A stretch of 64,000 nucleotides of DNA from Octopus vulgaris (lineage: Eukaryota), in assembly GCA_951406725.2 (NCBI GenBank), contig OX597815.1:214706001-214770000 (forward strand). Reading direction: 5' to 3'. The translations under genes and the position numbers were made by a program. The notes beneath the pieces were generated by a model, which saw nothing but the letters and a program-made list of their open reading frames with translations, was not told the DNA's origin and made no database searches. Every line of letters begins with the position of its first letter. Position 1 is the stretch's first letter. This document shows, piece by piece, positions 10,690 to 23,643 of this stretch.

Positions 10690-10761
10690 ATGCAGTACCG
10701 GTTTCAGATTCTTCAAAATACGTTTGCCAACGTATATTTGATTTATCTTCATCAGCTGCAT
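10690..10761 (-). ncRNA. intact minimal type I hammerhead ribozyme
   Basis: Minus strand: ATGCAG-CTGATGA-AGAT[internal loop, CAAATATACGTT-GGCA-AACGTATTTTG]ATCT-GAAA-CCGG-TA-CTGCAT. All core nucleotides are present, with a 6-bp helix I, palindromic ACCGGT helix III and a GUA cleavage triplet. Confidence 0.85.
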
Positions 10762-11934
10762 ATACCTCGACAATATTTCAAATGTTGCCACATCTATGCC
10801 AGTACACTCGTCTGAATGCCAGAATAAGAGAGAGAGAGAGAGAGAGGAGTTGACTAAATGAAGTTTCATATTGGTCATTTTATACTGATGTTTTCATTGA
10901 GATATTAATTTAAATAAATATAAATATATTAGGTGGTTAAGAACTTTGCTTTCCAACAACATGGTTTCAAATTCTGTTCCACTGTATGGCACCTTGGGCA
11001 AGTATCTCCAACTACAATGCCGGTCCAACCAAAGTCTCATGAGTAGATTTTGAAGACCAAATCTGAAAGAAAACTCGTGTGTGTGTGTGCACATGTACGT
11101 GTGTGTGCATGTGTACGTGTGTGTGTGCGCGTGTACATGTGTGTATGCGCGTGTACGTGTGTGTGCGTATTTTCTCCTTGTAATGACTATCATCGCATGA
11201 TAGTTGTGAGTGTCACCATCATGCAAGCGATGTCATTCATTTCAAATCTTCCATGAAAACATGTCCAGCCAAAGATAAATTGTACCTTACTTGCAATCTG
11301 GTGAATATTGGTAACAGGAAAGGCCTCCAACCACAAAAACACTCCTTCAATAAATCCATCTGATTTCATGCAAGCAAGGGAAAGTAGATGTCAAAATAAT
11401 GATGACAGTGATGATGACATTAGTAGAAGGGTTTCTTGGGATGGTTAGTACTAGAATGCTTCTAAATATAATCTCTTGGTTTTTTTTTATTTAAGTGAAA
11501 GATATATTATAGTGGAGGATAATTGAAGCTGTCTAAAGTCTGTCAAATTATGGATATATTATATATTATCACAAGTACCATTATTTTATTCTGGCCAAGA
11601 ACCATAATCTGTGCTGGTTTTACTTTTAGTATTAAGTTCCCAACATCAGCAAATACTTTGTTGTTATTCTTAAAATTCCTTTAAAATAACATTCCTCAAA
11701 TTAACCTTTATGAAGGGCATCCAGCTGTAGAAACACTGCCAGATCAGACTGGAGCCTAGTGCAGCCTCCTGGCTTCCCAGACCCCAGTCGAACTGTCCAA
11801 CCCATGCCAGCATGGAAAACGGATGTTAAACGACAACGATTTTATTGCCTTCATAAAGCATGCACATGCACACACACTTTCACACACACACATACATGCA
11901 AGCACTCACACACACACACACACACATATAGGAC

Positions 11935-12830
11935 AAACTTCTTTCAATTTCCATCTACCAAATCCATTCACAAGACTTTGGTCAACCCATGGCTATAGTA
12001 GAAGACACTTGCCCAAAATACCACTCTGCAGGGACAAACCCCAAACTATGTGGTTGGGAAGCAAACCTTTAACCACATAGCTATACCTTCACCTATACAC
12101 ACACACACACACACACACACATACACATGCATACACAACATACATACACATAGACATAGTACAACTTATATCATTTCTAGTTAGATCTTTTTTGTCTTTA
12201 AATCACTTTTTTAAGAAATTAATAGCAAAAATAAACCTCAACTTCACTCAATTTATCTGACTTTATGTCAATCTCGGTGAACCTATTTAAAACTAATAAT
12301 TATAAAGACACCTAAATAGCAACACTGAGGTGGAAAATCAAATAAAATACATGTGAAAATAGGCATAAAACCATTTATTAAAACAGATATAAATTAATAA
12401 ATTTTCTTTTTTGTTTTGACATGTCACATTGTTTTCTGAGATAAGCTGCATATCTCCGAACCAATTACTGACTTAAATAGATATATGCTTGGTTATATAT
12501 ATCTGGAACACTGCCTTTAGTCAAACAAATCAACCTCAGGACTTATTCTTTGTAAGCCCAGTACTTATTTTATCAGTCACTTTTGCTGAACTGCCAAGTT
12601 ACAGGGACGAAAACACACCAACATCTGTTGTCAAGTGATGGTGGGGAGACAAAGACAGACACAAATACATACATACATACACACACCCACACACACACAC
12701 ATATGTATATATACAACGGGCTTCTTTCAGTTTCCGTCTACCAAATCCACTCATAAGGGTTTGGTCAACCTGAGGCTATAGTTGAAGACACTTGCCCAAG
12801 GTGCCATGCAGTGGGACTGAACCCAGAATC
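11935..12830 (-). mobile_element. two family A SINE copies (11935-12095, 12505-12830)
   Basis: CCATCTACCAAATCCA..GAAGACACTTGCCCAAGG reverse-strand signatures. Confidence 0.8.
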
Positions 12831-12875
12831 AATACACACACACACACACATATAAAGCATACAAATGGGTTAAGT

Positions 12876-12958
12876 TTCACTACAGCTGTTTCAGATGCAT
12901 TTTTTATTGATGAATAAAATATAATTACATTATGGAGAAAAACGTTTTCTTCGGTGAA
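12876..12958 (-). ncRNA. decayed minimal hammerhead motif
   Basis: Minus strand: TTCAC-C(T missing)GAAGA-...-TCT-GAAA-CAGCTG-TA-GTGAA, with helix I TTCAC/GTGAA and palindrome ACAGCTGT. Confidence 0.55.
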
Positions 12959-13236
12959 TTAAAAACTTTAAATTTAAAATTTGTTTGGAAAATACCAAGA
13001 TGTGAAATGTGTGTTGACCATCTCATTTTGGTAAGAAGTAAGAGAGTATATACATGGCTACGCTAATCTCAGCCTTAATTAATGTTGTTATTCTTAAAAT
13101 ACCTTGATTTAATGAATCCTACAATGGTGCTTTTTATGTGCCACAGGAGCCAGTCAGGCAGTTTCTAGCAGGTAACAATTAATTTGTTACTGTTTTCTTG
13201 TGAAGATGGGTGATTCATCCAAAATATATAAGGAGT

Positions 13237-13397
13237 TTCTGTTGTGTCTGGGGAGAGTCATTTTCTTTTTGTGCCTTATAATTTAACACTCACTGGTAAA
13301 ATTTCCACCTATTTCTTATTCTTATTTTCCTAAAATTTTCGTTGCCTCTTGCAACAAACTCATATAAAGAATCTTGCAAACCAAATCCAAAAACGAA
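13237..13397 (+). repeat. unclassified interspersed repeat, copy 2, with apparent target-site duplication
   Basis: Matches 9005-9124; flanked by direct repeat ATATAAGGAGTT (~13226 and ~13398). Confidence 0.75.
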
Positions 13398-13744
13398 ATA
13401 TAAGGAGTTGTTATATCATTAATTCTCTCTTCACTTGGTAAGAAAATCTCTGCATTATTTCTTTACTCTTTCACTCCGGTTCAAGCGAATTACTATTCAA
13501 TTTCTTACACACACACATCTCAAAAGTACATAGACAACACTTTTATTTGTGTGTACATTTCTCATAAGTACAATGTTCAAACAAATTAAATCATTAAAAA
13601 TTGCACAAGACATTTTCTACTAACTAGATCAAGTATTTAAATGCATCAAATAACATTATTTTCATTTCTAGAAATATATCTTTAACACAAAAGGTGACTA
13701 TTTACTTTTGAGGTGTGCATGTGTGGATACATAAAAAGGGTTAA

Positions 13745-14084
13745 GACACCCTTCAGTCATGAAGAACCATAGGATTACACCTACAAAGTTCCCCTCCAAA
13801 GAACAAGTCCAAGCAAAGATGTTTTTTATGGAAGACCATCAGTTGCCCATGCATACCAGCCTCCCTTCTACACAACACTGGTGTTATCCGAGGGAAAGGC
13901 AAAGGGGCCGATACAGCATGGCACCAGTGGTGTTGCAACTCATTTCTACTGTTGAGCGAACTGGAGTAACGTGAGATAAAGTATCTTGTTTAAGAACACA
14001 ACACACAGCGCCATCTGCGTAATTGTACTCACAATCTCATGATTGTGAACCCGACATCCTAAACACAGAGCCATGCGCCTTCAC

Positions 14085-14085
<1 letters not shown>
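13745..14085 (-). mobile_element. SINE family B
   Basis: Reverse complement of 10144-10480. Confidence 0.8.
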
Positions 14086-14131
<46 letters not shown>

Positions 14132-15417
14132 TGTAGTTGTTAATAAATACATGATAAAGTAATCGATAGTAGAATACAATTGTATAATTTGTTTTATCTG
14201 TTATTCTGGGTATCCTTGGGGTACTGTTGGTTTCTCAGACCAAGAAAAAATAGCTACATTTGCCTGCCTGGGAAACCTGTTACACATTAGGGAAACTCCA
14301 GAGTTTTAAGCTCCTAGCTCAATTAAAATATATATATATATATGTATCAACATCATCATCATCTTTATCATTTTAGCATCTACTTTTCCATGTTTGCATG
14401 GGTCAGACAGCATTTGTTGAGGCAGATTTTCTACAGTTGGATGCCCATCCTGCCACAAACCCTTTTCTCTTTCCAAACAAAGCAATATTTACCCACCAAG
14501 GTCAGACATGTTTTCATGGAAAATTGGAAATGGACACCGCTTGTATGACGGTGGCATTTGTTTACAACGATCATGTGATGTCAAGACAAAGAAACACAAA
14601 TACACTTACACCAACAATAGGTCAAGCTAAATTTGTCACAAGCTCAGAAGGAAAAAAGAAAAACAATTGTAAGCTTTCTTATATGTCTTCTTCAGGACTT
14701 ATATGGCAAACACCAGAATTTGTAGGAATAAACAACCCTTGCTAATATGCTAAATGAGGATTTTGCTTCTTTATATATATATATATATATATATATAACA
14801 GATCACCTATATAGCTTTATTGTAATACCAAACCCTCTGTAATTAATCATACGCAATTTGTGACAATGCAACTTATCTGTCAGATATCTTATCTATTACA
14901 TCCTGTAATTTTAAGACTTCAAAAACAATTTTTGTAGTCTCCAGTATTTACACACAAAATATACATACACTATGGTTATATGCACACTTAAACTTTTCTT
15001 AGTGTTGTCATAGTTTTGAATTAGACATATTTTAGTTTTCTGTGCCTTAGATCAGTGTTTCTCAGTGATTTTACTTTCAAAGCACATTGGAAATCAAACA
15101 ATGAATTACTGTTATTCTTTGAGTGGGAAGTTTTGAAAAGTAAAGAATTTAAAAGATGTAGAAAACTGTTGTTTGCTTTGATTTGTTCTCAGGTGCAGAT
15201 TTGGCTGTGTAGTTACAAAGTTCACTTCCCAACCGCACGGCTTCAGATTAAGTCCTACCATATTGCCTACTTGCCCACCTTGAGCAAGTATTGCCAACTC
15301 TTTAACTATTAAACCTGGCTGACCAAAGCCTTGTAAGTGAATTTTGTAGATGGAAACTGAAAGAAGCCTGCCATGTGCCTCTGTGTGTGTGTATGTATGT
15401 ATGATGTGTAATATATA

Positions 15418-15663
15418 CAGGGTTGGCCAAAAGTCACCTGACAGTAAATCAAAATTCCTTAAATATTTAATATTCAATTTTATTTATTCATTCCAATTAC
15501 ATACGAATGTTTGATGATTGAATGCTGTGAATTAAAAATCACCATTTTTTTTTTTACAGCATTTGTCTATTTATTAGCAAAATCTCATATAAAATAACTT
15601 TTTGTTTTAATCTTGGAATTAAATGGGATTTGATTTACTGTCAGGTGACTTTTGGCCAACCCA
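15418..15663. mobile_element. Tc1/mariner-type MITE
   Basis: 34-bp perfect TIR GGGTTGGCCAAAAGTCACCTGACAGTAAATCAAA (15420-15453 / 15629-15662), TA-CAG start, AT-rich interior. Confidence 0.85.
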
Positions 15664-15699
15664 TGGCTGCATGGTAAGACGCTTGCTTCCAAATCACAA

Positions 15700-16015
15700 G
15701 TGTCTTCTACTTTAGCCTTGGGCCAACCAAAGCCTTGCGAGTGGATTTGATAGACGGAAATTGAAAGAAGCCCGTCGTGGATATATATGTGTGTGTGTGT
15801 GTGTCTTTGTGTCTATGTTTGTCCCCTCATCACTGCTTGACAACCAGTGTTGGTGTGTTTATGTCCCCATAACTTAGCAGTTCAGCAAAAGAGACCAATA
15901 GAATAAGTACTAGGCTTTAAAAGAAATAAGTCCTGGGGTCAATTTGTTTGACTAAAACTCTTCAAGGTGGTGCTCCAGCATGGCCAGAGTCTAAGGACTG
16001 AAACAAAAAAAACAA
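15700..16015 (+). mobile_element. SINE family A (5' deleted)
   Basis: Colinear with the family consensus from AAGTGTCTTCTAC onward. Confidence 0.8.
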
Positions 16016-16501
16016 AAGAATACATACACACACACACACACATGTGCATGCATTTGTTTCCTCTTCAGTGTACAAAAGTTTCAAGGTATGAACAGTGCTG
16101 TTGTCACTTCTCCCATCAACAAATTGGCTGCTCACTTCATGCCTTCTCAAACAAGTAAAATAAGAAATCCCTTATTTAGAATACAGGCAAGGATTAGTAA
16201 ACACAAAGGGCACCTAGTTGTAAAGCAATACCTCAGTAATATATTAATCTAATCCATGCCAGCAAAGAAAATAAAATAAATGTAAAATAAATGGGAAAAC
16301 ATGTATACATGACAAAATTATGAATATTATTATATTTCAGGATACTCTGTCAGGAATTAGTATTGATTTCTAAAGCCTTAAATTCCACTCACAAGACTTT
16401 GGTCAACCCAGAACTATTTTGGACGACACTTGCCCAGGACCTCATGATTGAGAAGCAAATTTCTTACCATTCAGTCTCACTTGTACCTATTGTTCGCAAA
16501 T

Positions 16502-16885
16502 AGGCACAGGAGTGGCTGTGTGGTAAGTAGCTTGCTTACCAACCACATGGTTCCGGGTTCAGTCCCATTGTGTGGCACCTTGGGAAAGTGTCTTCTACTA
16601 TAGCCTCGGGCCGACCAAAGACTTGTGAGTGGATTTGGTAGACGGAAACTGAAAGAAGCCAGTCACGTGTGTGTGTGTGTTTGTGTGTCTGTGTTTGCCA
16701 CCCCAACATCGCTTGACAACTGATGCTGGTGTGTTTACGTCCCCGTAATTTAGCAGTTCGGCAAAAGAGCCCGATAGAATAAGTACTGGGCTTACAAAGA
16801 ATAAGTCCTGGGATCAATTTGTTCGACTAAAGGTAGCACTCCAGCATGGCCGCAGTCAAATGACTGAAACAAGTAAAAGAGAGTA
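16502..16885 (+). mobile_element. SINE family A, full length, young
   Basis: Near-consensus and retains CpGs. Confidence 0.9.
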
Positions 16886-18016
16886 AATAATAAATAAAAA
16901 AATCAAAGCTTTGTTTTATGTATATCGTTAACCTCCCACTGTCTTGTCTTCAGTCAACCTAGTTAAAATGTTAAGTCCGGATGATTTTAGAATGGGTATT
17001 ATTTAGTTATTAAAACATATACTGTTAGATTTCATACTTGGTGAGCTCCCTTAATTTACAGCAGAGTGGGACACTTTAGTCAATGCTAATAAAACTACCA
17101 TTTTACAGTCACTTTGACCTGTTTGATATACCCTCAAAATTATATCCACCTACAATCTCGAAAAAATAAAACGTAGTTTAATGAACTCCTGAATATAAAA
17201 CGATGGGATGGTCAGCACTTGAATGAAATTAATCATAGGTGTGCTCAGTTGTAACTGACCTGAGGCTAAACAACAACCTGATTTAATTTCAGCATGGAAA
17301 GCTGAGATGAAATTACATATAAAAGAGAAAGGATTGCCTTATGACAGTTTGGAGTTGTAGTTTATAAAAGAAAAGAAACAGGGGGTCTCTAAAGCTAAAC
17401 ATTAATATCTGCATGTATTTAATCTAATGAGGCGAATTTTACAGTGAGTCTAAATGTATACAGAATTTAGTCCATACATGCATACACACATCTGCAAAGC
17501 ATGTGTAAGTTTATTTGAGGTTATAAAGGAATTAAAGGTAATGCTATGCTATATCGTAATAATCCTTATTATTATTATTGATAAGGTGGCAAGTTGGCCG
17601 AATGGTTAGCATGCTGGATGAAATGCTTAGTGGTATTTTGCCTGTTACTCCATTCTGAGTTCAAATTCTGTTGAAGTCGACTTTGCCTTTCATCCTTTCA
17701 GGGTTGATAAAATAAGTACTGTTTGAAAACTTGGGTTGGTGTAAATGACTCATCCACTCCCCCAGAACTGCTCTCCTTGTGGCAAAATTTTAATTGTTGA
17801 ATTCACCATACAATGCAGACGATCATTCCTGTTATATCAACATATTCAGATACAGAAAATATAATTCAAATTCATATATCCAAAAATGTATGTTAGCACA
17901 AGATTTTCAAAGTGATCCAAAATTAGAAATGATTGTTCACATTGTGTGGTGAATTCAACAATTATAGACATGATTTTCTCTATAGATATTTTTGTTATAT
18001 ATATATATAACAAAAA

Positions 18017-18495
18017 TCATCATCATCATCATCGTTTAACATCCGCTTTCCATGCTAGCATGGGCTGGACGATTTGACTGAGGACTGGCAAACCAGATGG
18101 TTGCACCAGGCTCCAATCTTGATCTGGCAGAGTTTCTACAGCTGGATGCACTTCCTAATGCCAACCACTCCGAGAGTTTAGTGGGTGCTTTTACGTGCCA
18201 CGTGCACAGGGGCCAGTCAGGCGGTACTGGCAACGACCTCGCTCGAATGTTTTTTCACGTGCCACCAGCACAAGCGCCAGTAAGGTGACGCTGGTAACGA
18301 TCACGCTCGAATGGTGCCTTTTAGGTGCCACCGGCACAGAAGCCAGTTAGTCGCTCTGGCAACGATCACACTCGGATGGTGCTCTTAGCACCCTACTAGC
18401 TCGGGGCACAAGTGCCAGTAAGGTGACACTGGTAACGATCACACTCGAAAGGTGCCTTTTATGTGCCACTGGCACGGAAGCCAGTTAGTCGCTCT
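18017..18495 (-). mobile_element. RTE-tail-type element with ~6 tandem ~60-bp units
   Basis: (CAT)n tail, TTTAACATCCGCTTTCCATGC, TTTCTACAGCTGGATGC, and repeated GGTGCCTTTTA(C/T)GTGCCAC units (reverse complement of the 855-1085 units). Confidence 0.75.
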
Positions 18496-18639
18496 TTCAA
18501 CAATCACACTTGGATGGCGAAAACAAGTGAAGAAGTATTGCTTTCACATTTATTCTATTGTTTACAGTTGTTTCGACAATGTATGGGTGACAGACCATAT
18601 AATAAGTTGCTAAACCTGGAAGAGAAAAAAAACCACCCA

Positions 18640-18808
18640 TGCTGGCATCAGGTAGGAAGCACTCATGCCAATGCCATGTGGGAAAGTGTCTATGCCTGTG
18701 CCATACAAAAGGCACTTATGCTGGCATCAGGTAGGAAGCACTCATGCCAATGCCATGTGGGAAAGTGTCTATGCCTGTGCCATATAAAAGGCACTTATGC
18801 TGGCATCA
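18640..18808 (+). repeat. ~78-bp tandem duplication inside an RTE-tail-type element
   Basis: TGCTGGCATCAGGTAGGAAGCACTCATGCC... occurs twice, at ~18640 and ~18719. Confidence 0.85.
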
Positions 18809-19137
18809 CACAAAAGGCACCCATGTCAGTGCCACGTAAAAAGCATCCATGCTGGCACTACATAAAAAAGCCCCAGCTACACGCTGTAAAGGGGTTGGCA
18901 TTAGGAAGGACATCCAACCATAGAAACCATATCAAAACAGACAACAGGAGCCTGGTGCAGCCCTCCAGCTTGCCAACCCTTGTCAAACTGTCCAACCCAC
19001 GCTTGTAACAAAAACGGATGTTAAAGGATAATGATGGTGATGATTCATCCCAGTCATGAGTCTGAACCCTGATGAATAAATAAATATTTGTGTTTGCAGG
19101 AGTGCTGCCTAAGGCAACTGCCTAGATTTCCAGATCG

Positions 19138-19205
<68 letters not shown>

Positions 19206-20639
19206 TCACTCACTCACACACTCACTCACTCACACTTTACAAGGATATGGAGTTCACTTAATGATTTTGGGTTCTATCCCATTATGTAATATCTTGGACA
19301 TGCATTTTCATCTCTGTCTTCAGGCTGACCAATGCCATATGAATAAATTGGTAGATAGAAACTGTATGGAAGCTTGTGTGTGTGTATATGTATGCCTATG
19401 TGTAAGAATGTTTGCATTCTGCTTGTCTTCATATGACAAAGAGCAAAATACCAATACCATGTTTAAATCTCCTATAAATGATATATCCTGAGGCTCTGCA
19501 TTTTCAACTGACATAAGCCTGTTGAATTAATATCCAAAGAAAGGTGAGAGTTGGCAACAGGAAGAGCGTCTGGCCATAAAATATGACTAGCATGGTTAAG
19601 CTGACATAAAAATAGCAACGGTGATGACAACAGTTATATAATAAATTAGGAATTTTGAAATTAATTTTCAGGCCAAAACAACTTTTTAATTACATTCAAA
19701 TATCTTTAATTACTTTCTATCTGTGAAATCATAATATTTGTAGTTTTAGAAAAAAACAACTTAAAATCAATAACATCAATAGAAATCAATTTTTAAGATT
19801 TCCAGTCAATATTAATAGTTCTTTCTTCAATGGATTGAATTGTATTACAAACAAACAAATCAAAAATATTAAAATTCGGTGAATAAGGTGATAAATTTTA
19901 GATTTCACATGATTTCAAATGTGCTGGGTTGATACAACCAATCATCATCATCGTCATCATCGTCATTATTATCAACACCATAGTTTTAACATCCACTTTT
20001 CCATGTTTGCATAAGAATTCAAGAGAAAATTTGTTGAGAAATTTCTATGGTTCGATACACTTCCTATCAGCAATCCTCAGCAGATTCCAAGTAAGGCAAT
20101 ATTTCTCCATAACCGAACATGTTTCCACAAGACCTTTAGAATGAAGGACACTGCTAGCATGATGGTGACACTCATTTACAACTCTCATGTGAAGTCAAGA
20201 CAAGGAGACAGTAACACACACACACACACACACGCAGTCATAATAGGCTTCTTTCAGTTTCTGTCTACCAAATCCACTCATAAAGCTTTGATTGACCCAG
20301 GGTTGTAGCAGAAGACTCTTACCTAAGGTCCCACACAGTTGGATTGAACTGAGAGATATGTGGTTAGGAAGCAAAATTCTTACCACACAGCCATGCCTGC
20401 ACCAATGCATATTAGATTAGATCAAATTTACAGGAAACAAAAGGCAAAGACAGGTGAGGGAACAACGAACAGGTGTATTAGTTCGATGCTCAGGAAGAAT
20501 GGAAAAGTATGTGACTGACATTCCAAGCACATACTCTTTGTCAGAAACGGCTGAGAATAGAAAAATTGGAGAGAGAATGAAAAAAAACATGGAGAGAAAA
20601 GATGTGTAGGGATTAATGGTTAAACATGATGAAATGACC

Positions 20640-20858
20640 ATGTGTATGTGTATGCATGTATGTGTGTGTATACATGTATGTGCATGTATGTGTGTATGCA
20701 TGTATGTGCATGTATGTGTGTATGCATGTATGTGCATGTATGCGTGTGTATGCATGTATATGTGTGTGTGTATGTGTATGTATGTGTGTGTATGCATGTA
20801 TATGTGTATGTGTATGTGTGTGTATGCATGTATATGTGTGTGTATGCATGTATGTATG
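20640..20858. repeat. compound (TG/TATG/TGCA) microsatellite
   Basis: Directly visible; explains the overlapping His/Thr and Cys/Val ORFs. Confidence 0.95.
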
Positions 20859-20954
20859 ATCATCATCATTAGCACCCTTGTTTCATGCTGGCAAGGGTTG
20901 AACCGCATATCACCAACCACTACAGATTTTTTATTACTTCCTGTATAAGAGGCA

Positions 20955-21185
20955 ACATTTTCAGGCCACCTTTCCTCACTTTGTCTTACATCTCCCTAGC
21001 TCTTTCTCTTCCACAAATTTCACTAACTTGGAGGATGCACCACTTCATTATGAAGCTATCCTCCTCTATGAATCACCTGCCCATATTATCACACTCTTCC
21101 CTCTTGGACACTCCATCTGGCTCTCCTGATACCTTGTTTGCCTCTCAGCTCATTTCTGCTCTTACATCCATACACACTGACATTA
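20955..21185 (-). mobile_element. highly decayed RTE LINE 3' fragment
   Basis: Reverse complement aligns by eye with 450-680 (the ICGRxRxRxxxDKV region). Confidence 0.55.
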
Positions 21186-21267
21186 CACATACTTCTCAGT
21201 ATATTTGCTTTGTTTCTTTCTGGCAATCACAACTCTTCTTCATTTATGTCTCTTCTATGCAGCATAA

Positions 21268-21600
21268 AAATAATAATGAAATTATTGTGTACAGTGCTCA
21301 GGTGCACCACAACTTGTCAAAAGTGCGTATAAAGCATATACAGTAATGTAGAAATGTCTGGGAAGTGAACAGTGTATGAGTCAGATAGATGCTTGCGTGT
21401 GTATGGAGGGGAGAAAATCAGGTGTAGTGTTGGTGAATCTCAGAAAGCATGAAAGTTTTGAAGGATGCAGTGCTCCGACAACTAACAACTGATGCCGGCA
21501 GTTTGTTCCATGCTTCAGCAACTCTTTGCATGAAAAAATGTTTCCGAAAGTCATGGAAGGAGCTGTGCTGTTTTCTGACTTTGTAAATATGGTATGAACA
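21268..21600 (-). mobile_element. CR1-type LINE 3' end
   Basis: ORF 21418-21603 KHFFMQRVAEAWNKLPASVV...ASFKT, then a 3' UTR ending in (ATT)n. Confidence 0.85.
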
Positions 21601-23307
21601 CAAGCATCATACAGTCTGAGGGAGAAGGCCTTTATTGCGAAAAGAGTTAACAGCTACTAGCCTTCTCTCTCTCTCTCTATCTCTCCCTCTTCTCTTTTTC
21701 TGCAGTGCATAAAGATGGCTACTGTGGTTTCAATATTTTTGGTGATCTTGTGTATTTTGTATGAATCAAGTTATATATGTTGTTGTTGTTGTTACATCCA
21801 GTGCAGAATTAGTTTTTTGTGCTAGAATTTAAAAAATGTGTTTTGTTCCTCAGTTGTTGTTGTCTACCTTCAGGTATTACATTTGGTGCAGGAACAATTA
21901 CTTATGCCTTATGCTTTCCCAATTTGCATAAGAAATATCTTGCAGCCACTCCTTATTAGTTATTATCATGTATAGTATAATATACAACGAAGAAGGTATA
22001 CATATAGGTATAAAATATAAGTTTCTGTTTAGTGATCTGCATACATACTTAAAATGTGCCTATGTTGAAAGCCTTTTAAACAGCAGTATTCATTCTGAGA
22101 GAGAGACATATAGTGTTAAGACATAAAAAAATATCTATTTCCTTATTGCCCACAAGGGGCTAAACACAGAGGGGACAAACAAGGACAGAAAAAAGGGATT
22201 AAGTCGATTACATCGACCCCAGTGCGTATCTGTTAAAGGCAGGCATAGGTCACCCAATGTTGATCATAACATTGCTGTATTTTTAACACTATATATCTAT
22301 AAGAGATACTCTCTCCAGGTGAATACCACTGTTTAGGTTGTCAACATATATGCACTTGTATACACAAGTATGTATACAGATTGCTAAGCTTCAACTAATA
22401 CCCACCACAACAGAATTGAGATCCTAAAACCAAGGTGCCATGTGCCAGTGCCACGTAAAATGCACTGGAGATGGTGTTACATAAAAGGCATCCAGTACAC
22501 TCTGTAAAGTAGTTGGCATTAAGAAGGGCATCCAGCTGTAGAAACCAAGCCAGAATCAACTGGTGTGGAACTGGTGTGGCCTCGGGCCTTATCAGTTCCT
22601 ATCAAGTTGTCCAACTCATGGCAGCTTGGAAAATGGGTGTTAAATGTTGATGATGATGACTGCTTCCATTGCTAATAATAAATCTTTATATAGACACACA
22701 CATACACACTTATACAATTTTATATATATATATATATAATCATCCTGTACACTCAGTAAAGTGGTTGGCACTAGGAAGGGCATTCAGCTGTAGAAACCAT
22801 ACCAAAACAGACAATTTGAACATGGATGGCTCTCTGGTTTGCCAGCATGGAAAATGGACGTTAAATGACGATGACAATGATAATGAATCATTGTTGTTTT
22901 GGCATCCACTTTTCCATACTTGCATCATTCAGATGGAGTTTATTGAGGCAGAATTCTTATAGCTAAATGTCCTTCCTGTCACCAACCCGCACCTGTTTTC
23001 AAGCAAGTTAATATTTCTCCATGGACAGACATGTTTTCGTAGAATATTGAAAATGACTGACACTGCATGTATGACAGTGGACTTGTGTGACTGTCATTCA
23101 ATGTCAAGATAAGGCAACTCAAACACACACACACGTGTGCACATGATGGGCTTTATTGAGTTTCTGTCTATCAAATACACTAAGGCTTTGGTCAGCCCAA
23201 GGCAATAGTAGAAAACACTTGCCCAGTGTGCCACAAACTGGGACTGAACATGTAACCATGTGGTTGGGAAGCAAATTTCCTAATAATGCATCAATGCTTG
23301 CACCATT

Positions 23308-23347
<40 letters not shown>

Positions 23348-23352
23348 TAGTG

Positions 23353-23643
23353 CAGTGCTACTCAACGTGGAGGTCCCTGGACTGGCACCGGTCCATGAGC
23401 CATCAGCTGCCTGTACACAGCGAGTTTCCAGAAGAGAAACATAAAATGCTTATAAAATGCTTATGTAATATTGTATTATTCGCTTACAAAATACATATAA
23501 GTTAAAAAAAATTGTCAACTTTTATTATATTCATTATATATATTGTTTCCAGTATAAATTAATATTTCTAAGAAATATTACCAGACCCTGGCACATTGGA
23601 AAAAACTGCCGGTATACCACACAAGATAGTTTGAGAAGCACTG
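23353..23643. mobile_element. hAT (Charlie-like) MITE
   Basis: TIRs CAGTGCTACTCAA / TTGAGAAGCACTG and 8-bp TSD ATTTAGTG / ACTTAGTG. Confidence 0.85.

Noticed and set aside
18463-19008. 181-aa ORF
   Set aside because: It runs through tandemly duplicated repeat units and the GGAAGGGCATCC module; it is not a gene.
20417-20948. His/Thr-rich and Cys/Val-rich ORFs (and similar ORFs throughout)
   Set aside because: They are translations of (CA/TG/TA)n microsatellites and SINEs.
21660-21830. Acceptor-like TTTTTCTGCAG followed by ATG and a short hydrophobic peptide
   Set aside because: The pyrimidine tract is a (CT)n microsatellite, the ORF is short and runs into (TGT)n, and there is no good donor.
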